Source: a virus. Taken from it: a DNA stretch of 21,410 nt. Under the pieces are notes generated by a model. The model searched no databases. It saw only the letters and a list, made by a program, of their open reading frames with translations, and was not told the DNA's origin. The translations under genes were made by a program, and so were the position numbers. Each line of letters begins with the position of its first letter. Position 1 is the first letter of the stretch. Location of the stretch: IMG/VR virus record IMGVR_UViG_3300045988_119030, positions 1 to 21,410 of that record; one strand, written 5' to 3'. Shown one piece after another: positions 11,278 through 21,333 of the stretch.

Positions 11278-13016
11278 TGGCATTACAAGATTTACTGTAG
11301 TTAAGTGATAGCCGTAGAAAAATAGGTCTATCACCGGAGCGAGTAGAAGCGGTAATGCCCACTATCCGCAAATACGTTGCCTTTTGGAGAGAATATCCTG
11401 ATTTATTTGTAGATTTTATGGTTCGAGGAAGACGCACTGAAATAAAAGATGGAGAATTTAACTTTTATTTTTATTAGAGAGTATTTCTCCGTTCTGTTAT
11501 GCGTTATTAGTATGTTTACGCGGTTTTTCCTCGTGCTTATTCCAAATCATTCTTGTCTGTTATGGCATTAATGATTAGATGTATTTTATATCCTGGTGCG
11601 CATTTGTTCGTTACTTCTGGAGGTAAAGAACAAGGTGCTAGTATTCTTCATGATAAAGTTCAAGAAATATGTGAACTTATTCCAAGCTTTAATCGAGAAA
11701 TTGATTGGAGCCGAGGAAAAACTCTTGAAGGAAAAGATAAAGTTAGATATGTGTTTAAAAATGGTTCAGTTTTGGATAACCTCGCAGCCCGTGAAAGCAC
11801 TCGTGGTTAGCGTCGTCATGGTGGACTAATGGAAGAATGTGTTGGTATTGATGATACCATTCTTCGTGAAGTTATTATTCCTGTTATGGCAATTTCTCGT
11901 AGAGCTAAAGATGGCACTACTAATGAACAAGAGCCATTAAACAAATCACAAATCTATATTACTACTGCTGGTTATAAGGGCACATTTCCTTATGATAGAC
12001 TTATTGGTTTCTTAGTTCGTATGGTAACTTAGCCTGATCGTTGTATGGTATTAGGCGGAACATGGCGAACTCCTGTTGCAGTAGGATTACAAAGTAAAAC
12101 ATTTATTACTGACCAAAAGAATGAAGGAACTTATAATGAAGCTTCATTCGAACGTGAATACGAGTCTAAGTGGTCAGGAACTGTTGAAGATGCTTTCTTT
12201 AATGGAGAGCATTTTGATAGAAATAGAAAACTATTATAGCCTGAATATGAAGCTTCTGGACGTGCGGGCGCGCAAGCTTATTATGTGCTTTCAGTAGATG
12301 TAGGTCGTAAGGGATGCGATTCAGTAGTTTGTGTATTTAAAGTAACACCACAAGCTCAAGGTCCAGCTATTAAATCTTTAGTAAATATGTATACTATGTC
12401 AGATGATCATTTTGAAGATTAGGCTATTAAATTAAAGAAATTATTTTATAAATATAAAGCTAAAACTTTGGTTATAGACGGTAACGGTTTAGGTATTGGA
12501 CTTTTGGATTATATGGTAAAATCTCAAAATGATGAAGACGGTGAATTTTTACCTGATTTTGGTGTTGAGAATGATGATGATGGATATTATAAAAAATATC
12601 GTACACAAAATACTCAATTTGATGCTATGTATGTTATTAAAGCAAATGCTCCAATAAATACTGAATGTCATGCTAATGCTCAGACTCAATTACAGGCGGG
12701 TAAGGTAAAATTCTTAATAGATGAGAGAACAGCTAAAGAAAAATTATTAGCTACTCAAAAAGGTTCAAAAATGACTTCTGAACAAAGGGCAGATTATTTA
12801 AAACCATTTACTTTAACCTCCATATTAAAAGAAGAAATGATGAATTTACGCGAAGAAAATGAAGGTATTAATATTATCCTAAAATAGGCAAATCGCGGAA
12901 TTCGTAAAGATAAATTTTCGGCTTTTGAATATGGATTATATTATTTAAAACTTGAAGAAGATAAAAAGAAAAAACGTAAAAAGTTTAATGCGGCTGATTG
13001 GTGCTTTTTAAATTAA
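11277..13016 (+). CDS. terL: terminase large subunit (~579 aa). Eight in-frame TAG codons, at 11298, 11475, 11508, ~11806, ~12030, 12237, 12420 and 12885. Ends with TAA.
   Basis: Frame-0 continuity across ORFs 11553-11810, 11829-12032, 12045-12239 and 12468-12887. N-terminal ATPase Q-motif FY*RVFL followed by a Walker-A-like PRAYSKS. Walker-B-like STRG*RRHGGLMEE. C-terminal nuclease motifs YVLSVDVGRKGCDSVV and VIDGNGLGIGLLD. Confidence 0.8.
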
Positions 13017-13028
13017 GGAGGGTGGAAA

Positions 13029-13385
13029 ATGCGTGCTTCAAGAGGAGAAATTAAAATTGAAGAAATCTTAGAAGAAGCAGGACTACCTTTTAAAATGGAA
13101 TATATTTTTCCAGATTTAAAAAGCCCAAGCGGGCGTCCGCTTCGTTTTGATTTTGTTATATTTGATGATGATGGAAAAATTGATTTCATTATTGAGTATT
13201 AGGGAAAATAGCATTATGAAGCCAGTTCTAAATTTGGTGGAAAACGCGGTTTATACCAGTAGCAATATAATGATAATCAAAAAAGACGTTTTTGCGCTTT
13301 ACATGATTTTAGATTAATAGAGATTCCATATACCGACGAAAACCTTATTTCTTATGATTATATAATGAAATTAGCAGGTTATTAA
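13029..13385 (+). CDS. Vsr/DUF559-like endonuclease-fold protein (118 aa; restriction-endonuclease-like fold). Probably a free-standing homing-type endonuclease. Three in-frame TAGs.
   Basis: RBS AAGGAGGG-N6-ATG. Motif RPLRFDFVIF…IDFIIEY*GK*HY resembles the DUF559 …DF…iE.DG.QH signature. This is from memory, not a search. Confidence 0.5.
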
Positions 13386-13398
13386 AGGAGGTGGAACT

Positions 13399-15048
13399 TT
13401 GGATACGCAAGATCGTAATGATTAGATTCACGCTAAAGGTTTTGATATTTATAATAGTCGTTATGAATATAATTATAATGATACTATGGATTATGCTAAT
13501 AGAAAAATAAAAGTTGGCACAAAAACTTTAGATGATGCTATTTTAAAACTTGGTGATTATAGTAAGATTAGATACCCAGGTCAAACTCGTATTATCACGA
13601 AACCTGATGTGCTTCGCGCGCTCGCAGAAAGAGATCTAAATGCTTTGCGATATATTTCTAATTTTTATTATGATATAAGTGGTGTATATCAACGAGTTTG
13701 TAATTATGTTGCTTTTTTATACCGCTATGATTGGTATATCGCGGCCGAAACTTATGATGATAGTGTAAAAGAAGAAAAAGTTTTAAAAGATTTTTATAAA
13801 ATGTTGAATTATTTTGATAATAGTTATATTAAAAAGATTTGTGGAGATATTGCTTTACAAGTCGTTAAAAATGGATGCTATTATGGATATATAGTTCCTT
13901 CAGAGAAAAATCTAATTTTACAAGAATTGCCAGTTAGATATTGTAGAACACGTTATAGTGTAAATAATACCCCAGTTGTCGAATTTGATATGCGATTTTT
14001 TGATACTTTTAGAGATATGAATTACCGCTTAAAAGTATTAAAATTATTCCCAGAAGAATTTGCTAAAGGTTATGTTTTATATAAGCAAGGAAAACTTGCT
14101 TTAGAAGAAGCGGTTGGATGCTAGCATACTGGTAGTTGGTATGTTCTTGAGCCAGAAAATTGTATTAAATTTAATATTAATAATAGTGATGTTCCTATTT
14201 TTGTAAATTCCATTCCTACTATTATGGATTTAGATGCAGCGCAAGATCTTGACCGCAAGAAACAAATGTAGAAGTTGCTTAAAATTTTAGTCCAAAAGCT
14301 CCCAATGGATAAAAATGGTGATTTGATATTTGATGTTGATGAAGCCAGAGATATCCATAATAATGCCGTTTAGATGTTATAGAGGGCTATTGGAGTAGAT
14401 GTTTTAACTACATTTACTGATGTAGATTCTATTGATATGTCTGATAAGAATACTACTACAACGACAGATGATTTAGCTAAAGTTGAACGTAGTGTTTATA
14501 ATTCATTAGGTATTTCATAGAATTTATTTAATACTGATGGTAATATGGCTTTAGAAAAATCAGTGTTAAATGATGAATCTACAATAAGAAGTTTAATTTT
14601 ATAGTTTAATATATTCTTTAATAGAATTATTGAGAAAAAGAGTAGTAATAAAAAATATAATTTTAGATTTTATTTATTAGAAACTACTCAAAATAATTAT
14701 CAAACACTTTCTAAAATGTATAAAGAACAAGCGCAAATGGGACAATCAAAATTATTGTCTTAGATTGCTCTTGGACATTCATAGAGTTTTATTCTTAATG
14801 CAGCTCATTTTGAAAATGAGATTTTACATTTAAGTGAAATTATGATTCCTCCTCTTATGAGTTCTACTATGGGTAGTGAAGATATTTTGGGTTTAAAAGG
14901 TTCATCATCTAATAATAAAACTCAAAATAATTCAGGAAGTTCAGGTTCTGGAACTACTAAAGCTTCTAATGGCGAAGCAGGACGTCCGGAAAAACCTGAT
15001 GATTAGAAAAGTGAAAAAACTATTCAAAATAAAGAAGCAATGAAATAA
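13399..15048 (+). CDS. putative portal protein (~549 aa, about 10 in-frame TAGs). The call is by position after terL and by size. The start may be TTG at 13399 (RBS AAGGAGGTG-N5) or ATG at 13486.
   Basis: Continuous frame 1 from 13399 to TAA at 15046-15048, interrupted only by TAG. No motif recognised by eye. Confidence 0.4.
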
Positions 15049-15057
15049 GGAGGATTT

Positions 15058-16641
15058 ATGAAACATACAAGTATTAAATTAAATACACCTTGTGAGTTTA
15101 TAAATATAACTCCTGTAAATCCTTTAATTTCTAAATGCCAAATTAAGGTTTGTTATGTAGATGATAAGCCTAATCGTAATAAAAGCGTAATTACTAAAGA
15201 TGTAGCGACTGAGATGGCTAATAGTCTTCCGGGCAGTCCTATTGTTGGCTTTTTTAATGAGAATGCTGAAGATTTTGAAGAACATAATAGGATAATTGAA
15301 TTATCTAATGGCGAATTTAGAATGAGAGATAATACTCGCCCTTATGGTTTTGTTGATCTTGGAGCTAAAGTTTGGTTTTAGAAATTTTTGGATGATGGTG
15401 TTGCCGAACGTGAGTATTTAATGACTGAAGGTTATTTGTGGACTGGTTAGTATCCTGAGTGTAAACGTGTAGTTGAGAAAGGGAATAATCATTCTATGGA
15501 GCTTGATGAAAAAACATTAAATGCTACGTGGGCAAAAGATAGTAATGGAAAGCCTTAGTTTTTTATTATAAATAAGGCAATTATTTCTAAACTTTGTATT
15601 TTGGGAGAAGAAAATGAACCTTGTTTCGAAGGCTCTCAAATCAATGTGAATTTTTCATTCGATGATGGTTTTAAGAACACTTTGTTCTCCATGATGAATG
15701 AACTTAAAGAATTTATGAAAGAAGGAGGACCCAAAGTGTTTACACAATATGCTGTTGAAATTGGCGATAGTTTGTGGAATTTTCTCTGGTCTTATATTGA
15801 GACTAAGTATCCTGGCGAGCCTAGTAGTTATTGTTCTATTTATCGCATTGAAGGCATTTATGAAGATGCTGGACAAAAGTTTGCTATTCTTCAAAATAGA
15901 CAAGATCAAAAATATTATCGCATGGACTTTTCTCTTACCGATGTAGAAGGCTTTGTTCCTTCTGACGCTTTAATTGAAGTAACTAAGTCTTATACTCCGG
16001 CAGCAGAGCCTCAGTTTGCTCTTGCTGATGTTGAAGCTTTTGAGACTGATTATGCTTCAAAGAAAAAGGCTGAGGAAGAGGACAAAAATAATAAATCTAA
16101 TGGCCAAAACCCTGATAATAAATCAGAGAGCAATGATAATAAAAAGAACCCTGATAATGGGGAACCCTCTAATAAGTCTGATAAAGGCGACAATGGTGAG
16201 AATGATGATAAAAAGAAAAAGAAGAATTATTCTCTTGAAGAAGTTGTTGAATATACTGAACTTAAAGCTCAGTATGATGAATTACAGACTAAATTCGCAG
16301 CTCTTGAAACTGAAAATAATAGCTTGAAAGAGCAAATTGCTCCACTTGCTGAATTTAAAAATGCTGCTGAGAAGAAAGATAAAGAAGATATGATTGCTAA
16401 ATTCTATATGCTTTCTGATGCAGATAAGGCTGATGTTATTGAAAATATTGATAAATATTCTCTTGATGATATTGAAGCTAAATTATCTGTTATTTGTGTT
16501 CGCAACAAGGTGAGTTTCGACCTTGACGAAAATAATAAGCCCAATGGTGCTACTACTTTTAATTTGAACGATAATGGTTCAGAAGATGATGATATGCCCG
16601 CTTGGGTGAAGGCGGCTTTTGCTACCGCCAACAAAAATTAA
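15058..16641 (+). CDS. putative prohead protease and/or scaffolding protein (~527 aa). N-terminal globular domain with 3 TAGs. Central K/D/N/E-rich low-complexity linker. C-terminal coiled-coil (ELQTKFAALETENNSLKEQIAPLAEF), which is scaffold-like.
   Basis: ORFs 15058-15381 and 15601-16641 share a frame and are joined through TAGs at 15380, ~15448 and ~15556. RBS AAGGAGG-N5-ATG. Located immediately upstream of the capsid genes. Confidence 0.45.
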
Positions 16642-16658
16642 TAAGGAGGACATACTAA

Positions 16659-17576
16659 ATGTTTAAAGACTTTTTGAATAAGAATCTTCCTATTAAGTCT
16701 CAGGCAAAGTATGTTGAGTTTGGTTACGGTCAGGTCGAGCCTAATCACCTTTCCGCACAAAGAAATGCTCAAATCTATGCTCAACTTCCTGCCAATAAAG
16801 ACATTAAGATTCTTGAAAACGGTCAGTTTGTAAAGTATGACTATGCTGCTAATGATAATGGTATTGGCGAAGTCAACTTCACTGGCGAAGGTGAATGGAT
16901 GCTCGTTTATAACGAGATCAAGCTTTATCGCGATCATTATGATGGCAGTAAGCAGTGGGATTGCGAATTTGCTATGATTAAAGATGACTATCAGGCTCGT
17001 GTTTATAGCCCTTATGATTGGGAGCATACCGAGGTTGAATATGGTGGTCGTTTCTGGAATGGTGTTGATGAAAAGGGTCAAACCTATAAGTTAATCAATC
17101 AGACCGTTTCCGCAGATCAAGGTTTAAAGACTGTTACTATTGCTGGTCGTGTTTATGATGTTGATGAAACCGGCAAGTTTACTTATGATGGTAATGAATA
17201 TACTCTTGATAGTAATCATCAAGTTAAGAATGTCCCTGTAAAGTATTATTATGATAAACTTCTTACTGATGTTCCTGATATGTATGAAATGAATTGGACC
17301 AATGATCCATATCATAAGTTAGGTATTTATCATGAGAAGTTCATGGAATCTGGCACTTCTATGGTTCCTCGTGTATTTAAGACCATGATTGGTGATCTTT
17401 ATACTACTAATATGATTAATGAAGAGACTCTTGCTGTTGGAGATAAGCTTTCTCCTTCTGCTGCTACAAAGGGTATTCTTAGCAAAACTGGCGACGATTC
17501 AATGACCTGGCAGGTTGTTAAGGTTTATACTATGCCTGATGGTCAAAAGGGCGTCAAGGTAATGCGTATTAAGTAA
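16659..17576 (+). CDS. hypothetical structural protein (305 aa). No in-frame TAG. Possibly a capsid decoration or accessory protein.
   Basis: RBS AAGGAGG-N9-ATG. T-ending codon bias like the MCP gene. Lies between the scaffold-like gene and the MCP. Confidence 0.55.
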   Translation: MFKDFLNKNLPIKSQAKYVEFGYGQVEPNHLSAQRNAQIYAQLPANKDIKILENGQFVKYDYAANDNGIGEVNFTGEGEWMLVYNEIKLYRDHYDGSKQWDCEFAMIKDDYQARVYSPYDWEHTEVEYGGRFWNGVDEKGQTYKLINQTVSADQGLKTVTIAGRVYDVDETGKFTYDGNEYTLDSNHQVKNVPVKYYYDKLLTDVPDMYEMNWTNDPYHKLGIYHEKFMESGTSMVPRVFKTMIGDLYTTNMINEETLAVGDKLSPSAATKGILSKTGDDSMTWQVVKVYTMPDGQKGVKVMRIK

Positions 17577-17593
17577 GAAAGGAGAAAAGGATA

Positions 17594-18700
17594 ATGTTAG
17601 ATAAAAATAATTTAATTGCTCTTATGAAGCAAGTTGCTAAGGCTGATCCTTCTGCTCCTGTTGCTTATAGTTATGAGGGAAAAAATCTTAGTTATGAAGC
17701 CTTAAATGAAACTCTTCGTAATGAAATGAATGAGTTGGCTGGTACTTACGCTCTTTATCGTGAAAATAAGAATCTTATTTTCTCTATGATTGAGCAGACT
17801 CTTGATGAGGTTCTTCCTAAGAAAGTTATTCAGCAATATGATCAGTTTGCTGAGGTTAAGACTTTCGCTCAGGGTGATAAGCCCATTTTCCGTCGTCCTC
17901 TTAATAATCGTGCTCGTGCTAAGCAGTTTGTAACTCGCGTTGGTCTTGCTGGTATTTATGAAGTCTTCAAGCTCGGACCTAAAGAGAATGAAGCCTTCGA
18001 GGTACGTACTAGCGCTATCGGCGGAGCTGCTCAGATTGGCTTCGAAGAGTTCCTTGATGGTCGTGTTGATTTCGGTGAAGTAACTAAGATCATCATGGAT
18101 GGTATGGATGAACTTATTTATAAAGAAGTTGCTGCTGCTCTTAGATCTTCTATCAATCAGCTTCCTCCTGCTAACCGCGTTGCGGCTGCCGGATTTGATG
18201 AAGCTGCTATGGATCGTTTGATCACTATTGCTTCTGCTTATGGTACTCCTACTATTTATTGTACTTATGAGTTCGCTGTTAAGATGATTCCTCATGAGGC
18301 TTGGAGATATACTGAAGCTATGAAGAACGAGCTTTGGAATAATGGTCGTCTTGCTACTTACAAGGGCACTAAGGTTATTATTCTTGAACAGGGTTTTGAA
18401 GATGAAACCAATACTCGTAAGGTTATTGATCCTGGTTATGCTTGGGTTATTCCTACGGGCGCTGATGGTAAGCCTGTAAAGATTGCTTTCGAAGGTGGCA
18501 CTATTGTTGACGAGTTCAATAATTATGATCGTTCTCGTGAGATTCAGGTTTACAAGAAGGTTGGCGTAGTTTGTATGCTCGCTAATAACATCTGTGCTTA
18601 TGTTGATACTTCACTTCTCGGTCAGATGTATACTTGGAATTATGATGGAGTTACTGGTAAGGTTATCACTTATGATGGTCGCCTTGATGGTACTGTCTAA
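17594..18700 (+). CDS. putative major capsid protein (368 aa). No in-frame TAG.
   Basis: RBS AAAGGAGAAAAGG-N-ATG. The size and position after the scaffold gene fit an HK97-fold MCP. Strong terminator at 18721-18760 directly downstream. Highly biased T-ending codon usage. Confidence 0.5.
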   Translation: MLDKNNLIALMKQVAKADPSAPVAYSYEGKNLSYEALNETLRNEMNELAGTYALYRENKNLIFSMIEQTLDEVLPKKVIQQYDQFAEVKTFAQGDKPIFRRPLNNRARAKQFVTRVGLAGIYEVFKLGPKENEAFEVRTSAIGGAAQIGFEEFLDGRVDFGEVTKIIMDGMDELIYKEVAAALRSSINQLPPANRVAAAGFDEAAMDRLITIASAYGTPTIYCTYEFAVKMIPHEAWRYTEAMKNELWNNGRLATYKGTKVIILEQGFEDETNTRKVIDPGYAWVIPTGADGKPVKIAFEGGTIVDEFNNYDRSREIQVYKKVGVVCMLANNICAYVDTSLLGQMYTWNYDGVTGKVITYDGRLDGTV

Positions 18701-18720
18701 TTTAATATAAATTATTCCAT

Positions 18721-18760
18721 GGGGAGAAGGGATTAAACTCCCTCTCCCCATATTTTTGTT
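18721..18760 (+). terminator. strong rho-independent terminator after the putative major capsid gene
   Basis: GGGGAGAAGGGA-ttaaac-TCCCTCTCCCC followed by ATATTTTTGTTTT. Confidence 0.7.
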
Positions 18761-18786
18761 TTATGAGTAAAAGGAGAAATTGAATA

Positions 18787-19380
18787 ATGATTAATAATGA
18801 AGATATTTATAATGTAAAAAATAGAAGCACTAGCGTAGTTGTTTATACTATTCCTGATACTAATTTGCGTCGTGAATTTGCGCCTGGTGAAACTAAGCGC
18901 ATTCCATTTGGTGAGCTAGAGAAGTTAACTTATCAGGCAGGCGGCCGCGAATTAATTGCTAATTTTTTACAAATTTTAGAGCCAGAAGTAACTCATACCC
19001 TTAATGTTCATACTGAACCTGAATATAATATGTCAGAGCAACAAGTTGCTGATTTAATTCTTAATGGCTCATTAGATGCTTTCTTAGATGCTCTTGATTT
19101 TGCCCCTATTGGAATTATTGACTTAATCAAGAATTTATCTGTTAGCCTTCCTATTACTGATATTAATAAGCGTAGAGCTTTGAAGGAAAAAACTGGGTTT
19201 GATGTTGATAAAGCTATTGCTAATGATATCGCTAGTAAAGAAGAAGATACTATTGTAGAGAAAGAACCCGCAGCTAAGCGTCGTGTAGTAAGAGAAGAGC
19301 CTACTACTCAAGGTCGTCGCACAAGCGGTTCTGGATATAAAGTAATTAATAAAACCGAGGAAACTTCCTCCAAGAAATAA
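18787..19380 (+). CDS. hypothetical head or connector-associated protein (197 aa). No TAG. Basic C-terminal tail.
   Basis: RBS AAAAGGAGAAATTG-N-ATG. TAA stop. Confidence 0.5.
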   Translation: MINNEDIYNVKNRSTSVVVYTIPDTNLRREFAPGETKRIPFGELEKLTYQAGGRELIANFLQILEPEVTHTLNVHTEPEYNMSEQQVADLILNGSLDAFLDALDFAPIGIIDLIKNLSVSLPITDINKRRALKEKTGFDVDKAIANDIASKEEDTIVEKEPAAKRRVVREEPTTQGRRTSGSGYKVINKTEETSSKK

Positions 19381-19399
19381 TTTATAGGAGGGCGATTAA

Positions 19400-19972
19400 G
19401 TGGGAACATTATTCTCAACTGTTTATAATCGCTTTCTAAACAAGGTTACTGATGATATGTATCTGGAATTGACTCCTGAAGATACTCTAAGAGATTTATA
19501 GAATCTTATAATAGATGCTATTCCTGGATTTGAATTTCCGCGAAAAAATCTTTTAGATTATAATTTAGATGTCGCTACTATTAATGAATCTGACGCTATG
19601 CCGGATGATTTTATTGTAGGAACAGTATGGGGGGAACTTCCAGAACCGGGTGAAGAACCTCAAGTTTTAGTTGATAGATCCAGTTTTAATTGTGATCTAA
19701 CTGAAGAAGAAATTAATATTTTAGCTATTTTAATGATGTGCGGTTGGACGCAAAGACAAGTCACTTCAATTGAGAATACTCGAATGAAATATAGTGGCTC
19801 TGATTTTAAATTTACTTCTTAGGCAAATCATCTATCAAAGCTATTGAATTTATTAGGTGAATGCCAAAGACAATCTCACCATATGTAGCGTTTATACAAA
19901 CGTAGACGTTTAAATAATAAAGGTGAGTATGAATCTAATTGGGATGTATTTAAAAGTCGATATGATTACTAA
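19400..19972 (+). CDS. hypothetical head-tail connector or adaptor candidate (~190 aa). GTG start, 4 in-frame TAGs.
   Basis: RBS TAGGAGGGCG-N5-GTG. Frame-2 continuity through ORF 19598-19822 to TAA at 19970-19972. Confidence 0.4.
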
Positions 19973-20253
19973 ATATAATTTTGATATTCCAATAGAGAGC
20001 ATAAAAGTAAATTGCTTGCGCTTAACCAATCAATTATGGAAATTAATTCCAATGCGTGAAAATAATGAAGATTGGCATAAATAGCTAGAAACTGTTATAA
20101 ATGAAATTGTGGGGTTTAGTGTGATTTTTAGCGCTGAACCCCTTTATTTATAGTTATTAAACAAACTTGAGGGATTATAGAATCAAGATACTGATTTTAA
20201 TTTTTATCGTAAGACTGTATTTGAAACTATCAGTCTTTTATAGGAGATAAATT

Positions 20254-21318
20254 ATGGCGTCAGGGTTTGATTATAGTAGTAAGCAACCTTTTAGATTATA
20301 GCAAGGTCGCTTAGGAATTTATGATAAACCACCCTTTGAAAGTAGCCCTGTTGAAGGCGTTAATTATATGGCGGTTCGGCTCGGTTAGATGGGCGGAAAC
20401 CGCCAACAAGAGCGTATGATTTTATCTAAGCGCAGAAGTTTAGATAGAGCAGTATGGAATTCATACCAAGCCGCGGAAATTATTAAATAGGATGCGGAAT
20501 ATAAAAAACCTATTAGGTGCTTGATTAATCCTAATAAATTAAAATAGGATTATGATGACAAGATTTTATCTGTTGGAAATGAATATTAGTTTAAACCAGG
20601 AGATATTTTTGAATGGTGTGGAACTAATACCTATTGGATTTGTTATCTTTAGGATTTGACTGAATTAGCTTATTTTAGAGGAGATATTAGAAAATGCTCT
20701 TATAAAATAAATTGGGTAGATGAGGGAGAGAAAAAGTCTACTTATGCAGCAATTCGCGGTCCTGTAGAAATGAAAATTAATTATATTCAAAAACATGAAA
20801 TTAGTGTAGATATTCCTAATTATTCATTAAATATTTTGATGCCTAAAAATAAAGATACTTTGAGTTATTTTAAGCGGTATACAAAATTTTATTTAGATAG
20901 TTAGGATGAGGGAGATAATTTAATTTGTTGGCGTGTTGAAGCTGTAGATTCCATAAGTATGCCCGGTATTTTAGAAGTCAATGCGACTGAATATTATATT
21001 AATGAGTAGGAAGATAATTTAGATGATAAGATTGTTGGTTCTTTAATTGCGGAACCGATTGATCCGAATCCTACAACAACTGATATTATAGGGGAAACGT
21101 TTATTCTTCCGAAGAAAACTTATACTTATTATTTTGATGGTAAGGATGTTTTAGAATGGGAAATAAAGAATAATAAAAAGTTGCCGGTTTCTTTAAAAGT
21201 TATTAAAGAAGCAAAAAAGCCAACAGTTGAAATAAGTTGGACTTCTGGATATAGTGGATAGTTCGATTTACTATATGGAGATTATAAAAAAACGATAATT
21301 GTTCAATCATTGTTTTAA
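20254..21318 (+). CDS. hypothetical structural (tail?) protein (~354 aa), about 9 in-frame TAGs
   Basis: RBS TAGGAGAT-N6-ATG. Frame-1 continuity through ORF 20656-20904 to TAA at 21316-21318. Confidence 0.4.
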
Positions 21319-21333
21319 GGAGAAAAAGGTGTT

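Noticed and set aside
11222-11829. ORFs 11222-11437(-) and 11596-11829(+) inside terL
   Set aside because: Alternative-frame shadows within the large terminase gene, whose frame-0 translation carries recognisable terminase motifs.
15655-17315. ORFs 15655-15909(-), 15749-15946(+), 16016-16327(+), 16404-16634(-), 16638-17081(-), 17124-17315(-) (Ile/Leu/Lys-rich)
   Set aside because: Low-complexity shadows generated by AT-rich, T-ending codon usage of the scaffold and capsid genes. Antisense or out of frame. No RBS.
17702-18295. Minus-strand 197-aa ORF inside the putative major capsid gene
   Set aside because: Antisense shadow, Ser/Ile/Asn-rich. The plus-strand gene has a strong RBS and terminator.
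20050-20253. Possible roughly 75-codon TAG-containing ORF, and two hairpins (GGGGTTT…AACCCC at ~20112-20145; AAGACTG…CAGTCTT at ~20209-20237) between the connector and tail-candidate genes
   Set aside because: The hairpins with following T-runs look like terminators and would lie inside the putative ORF. No clear RBS. Cannot decide between a small gene and an intergenic terminator region.
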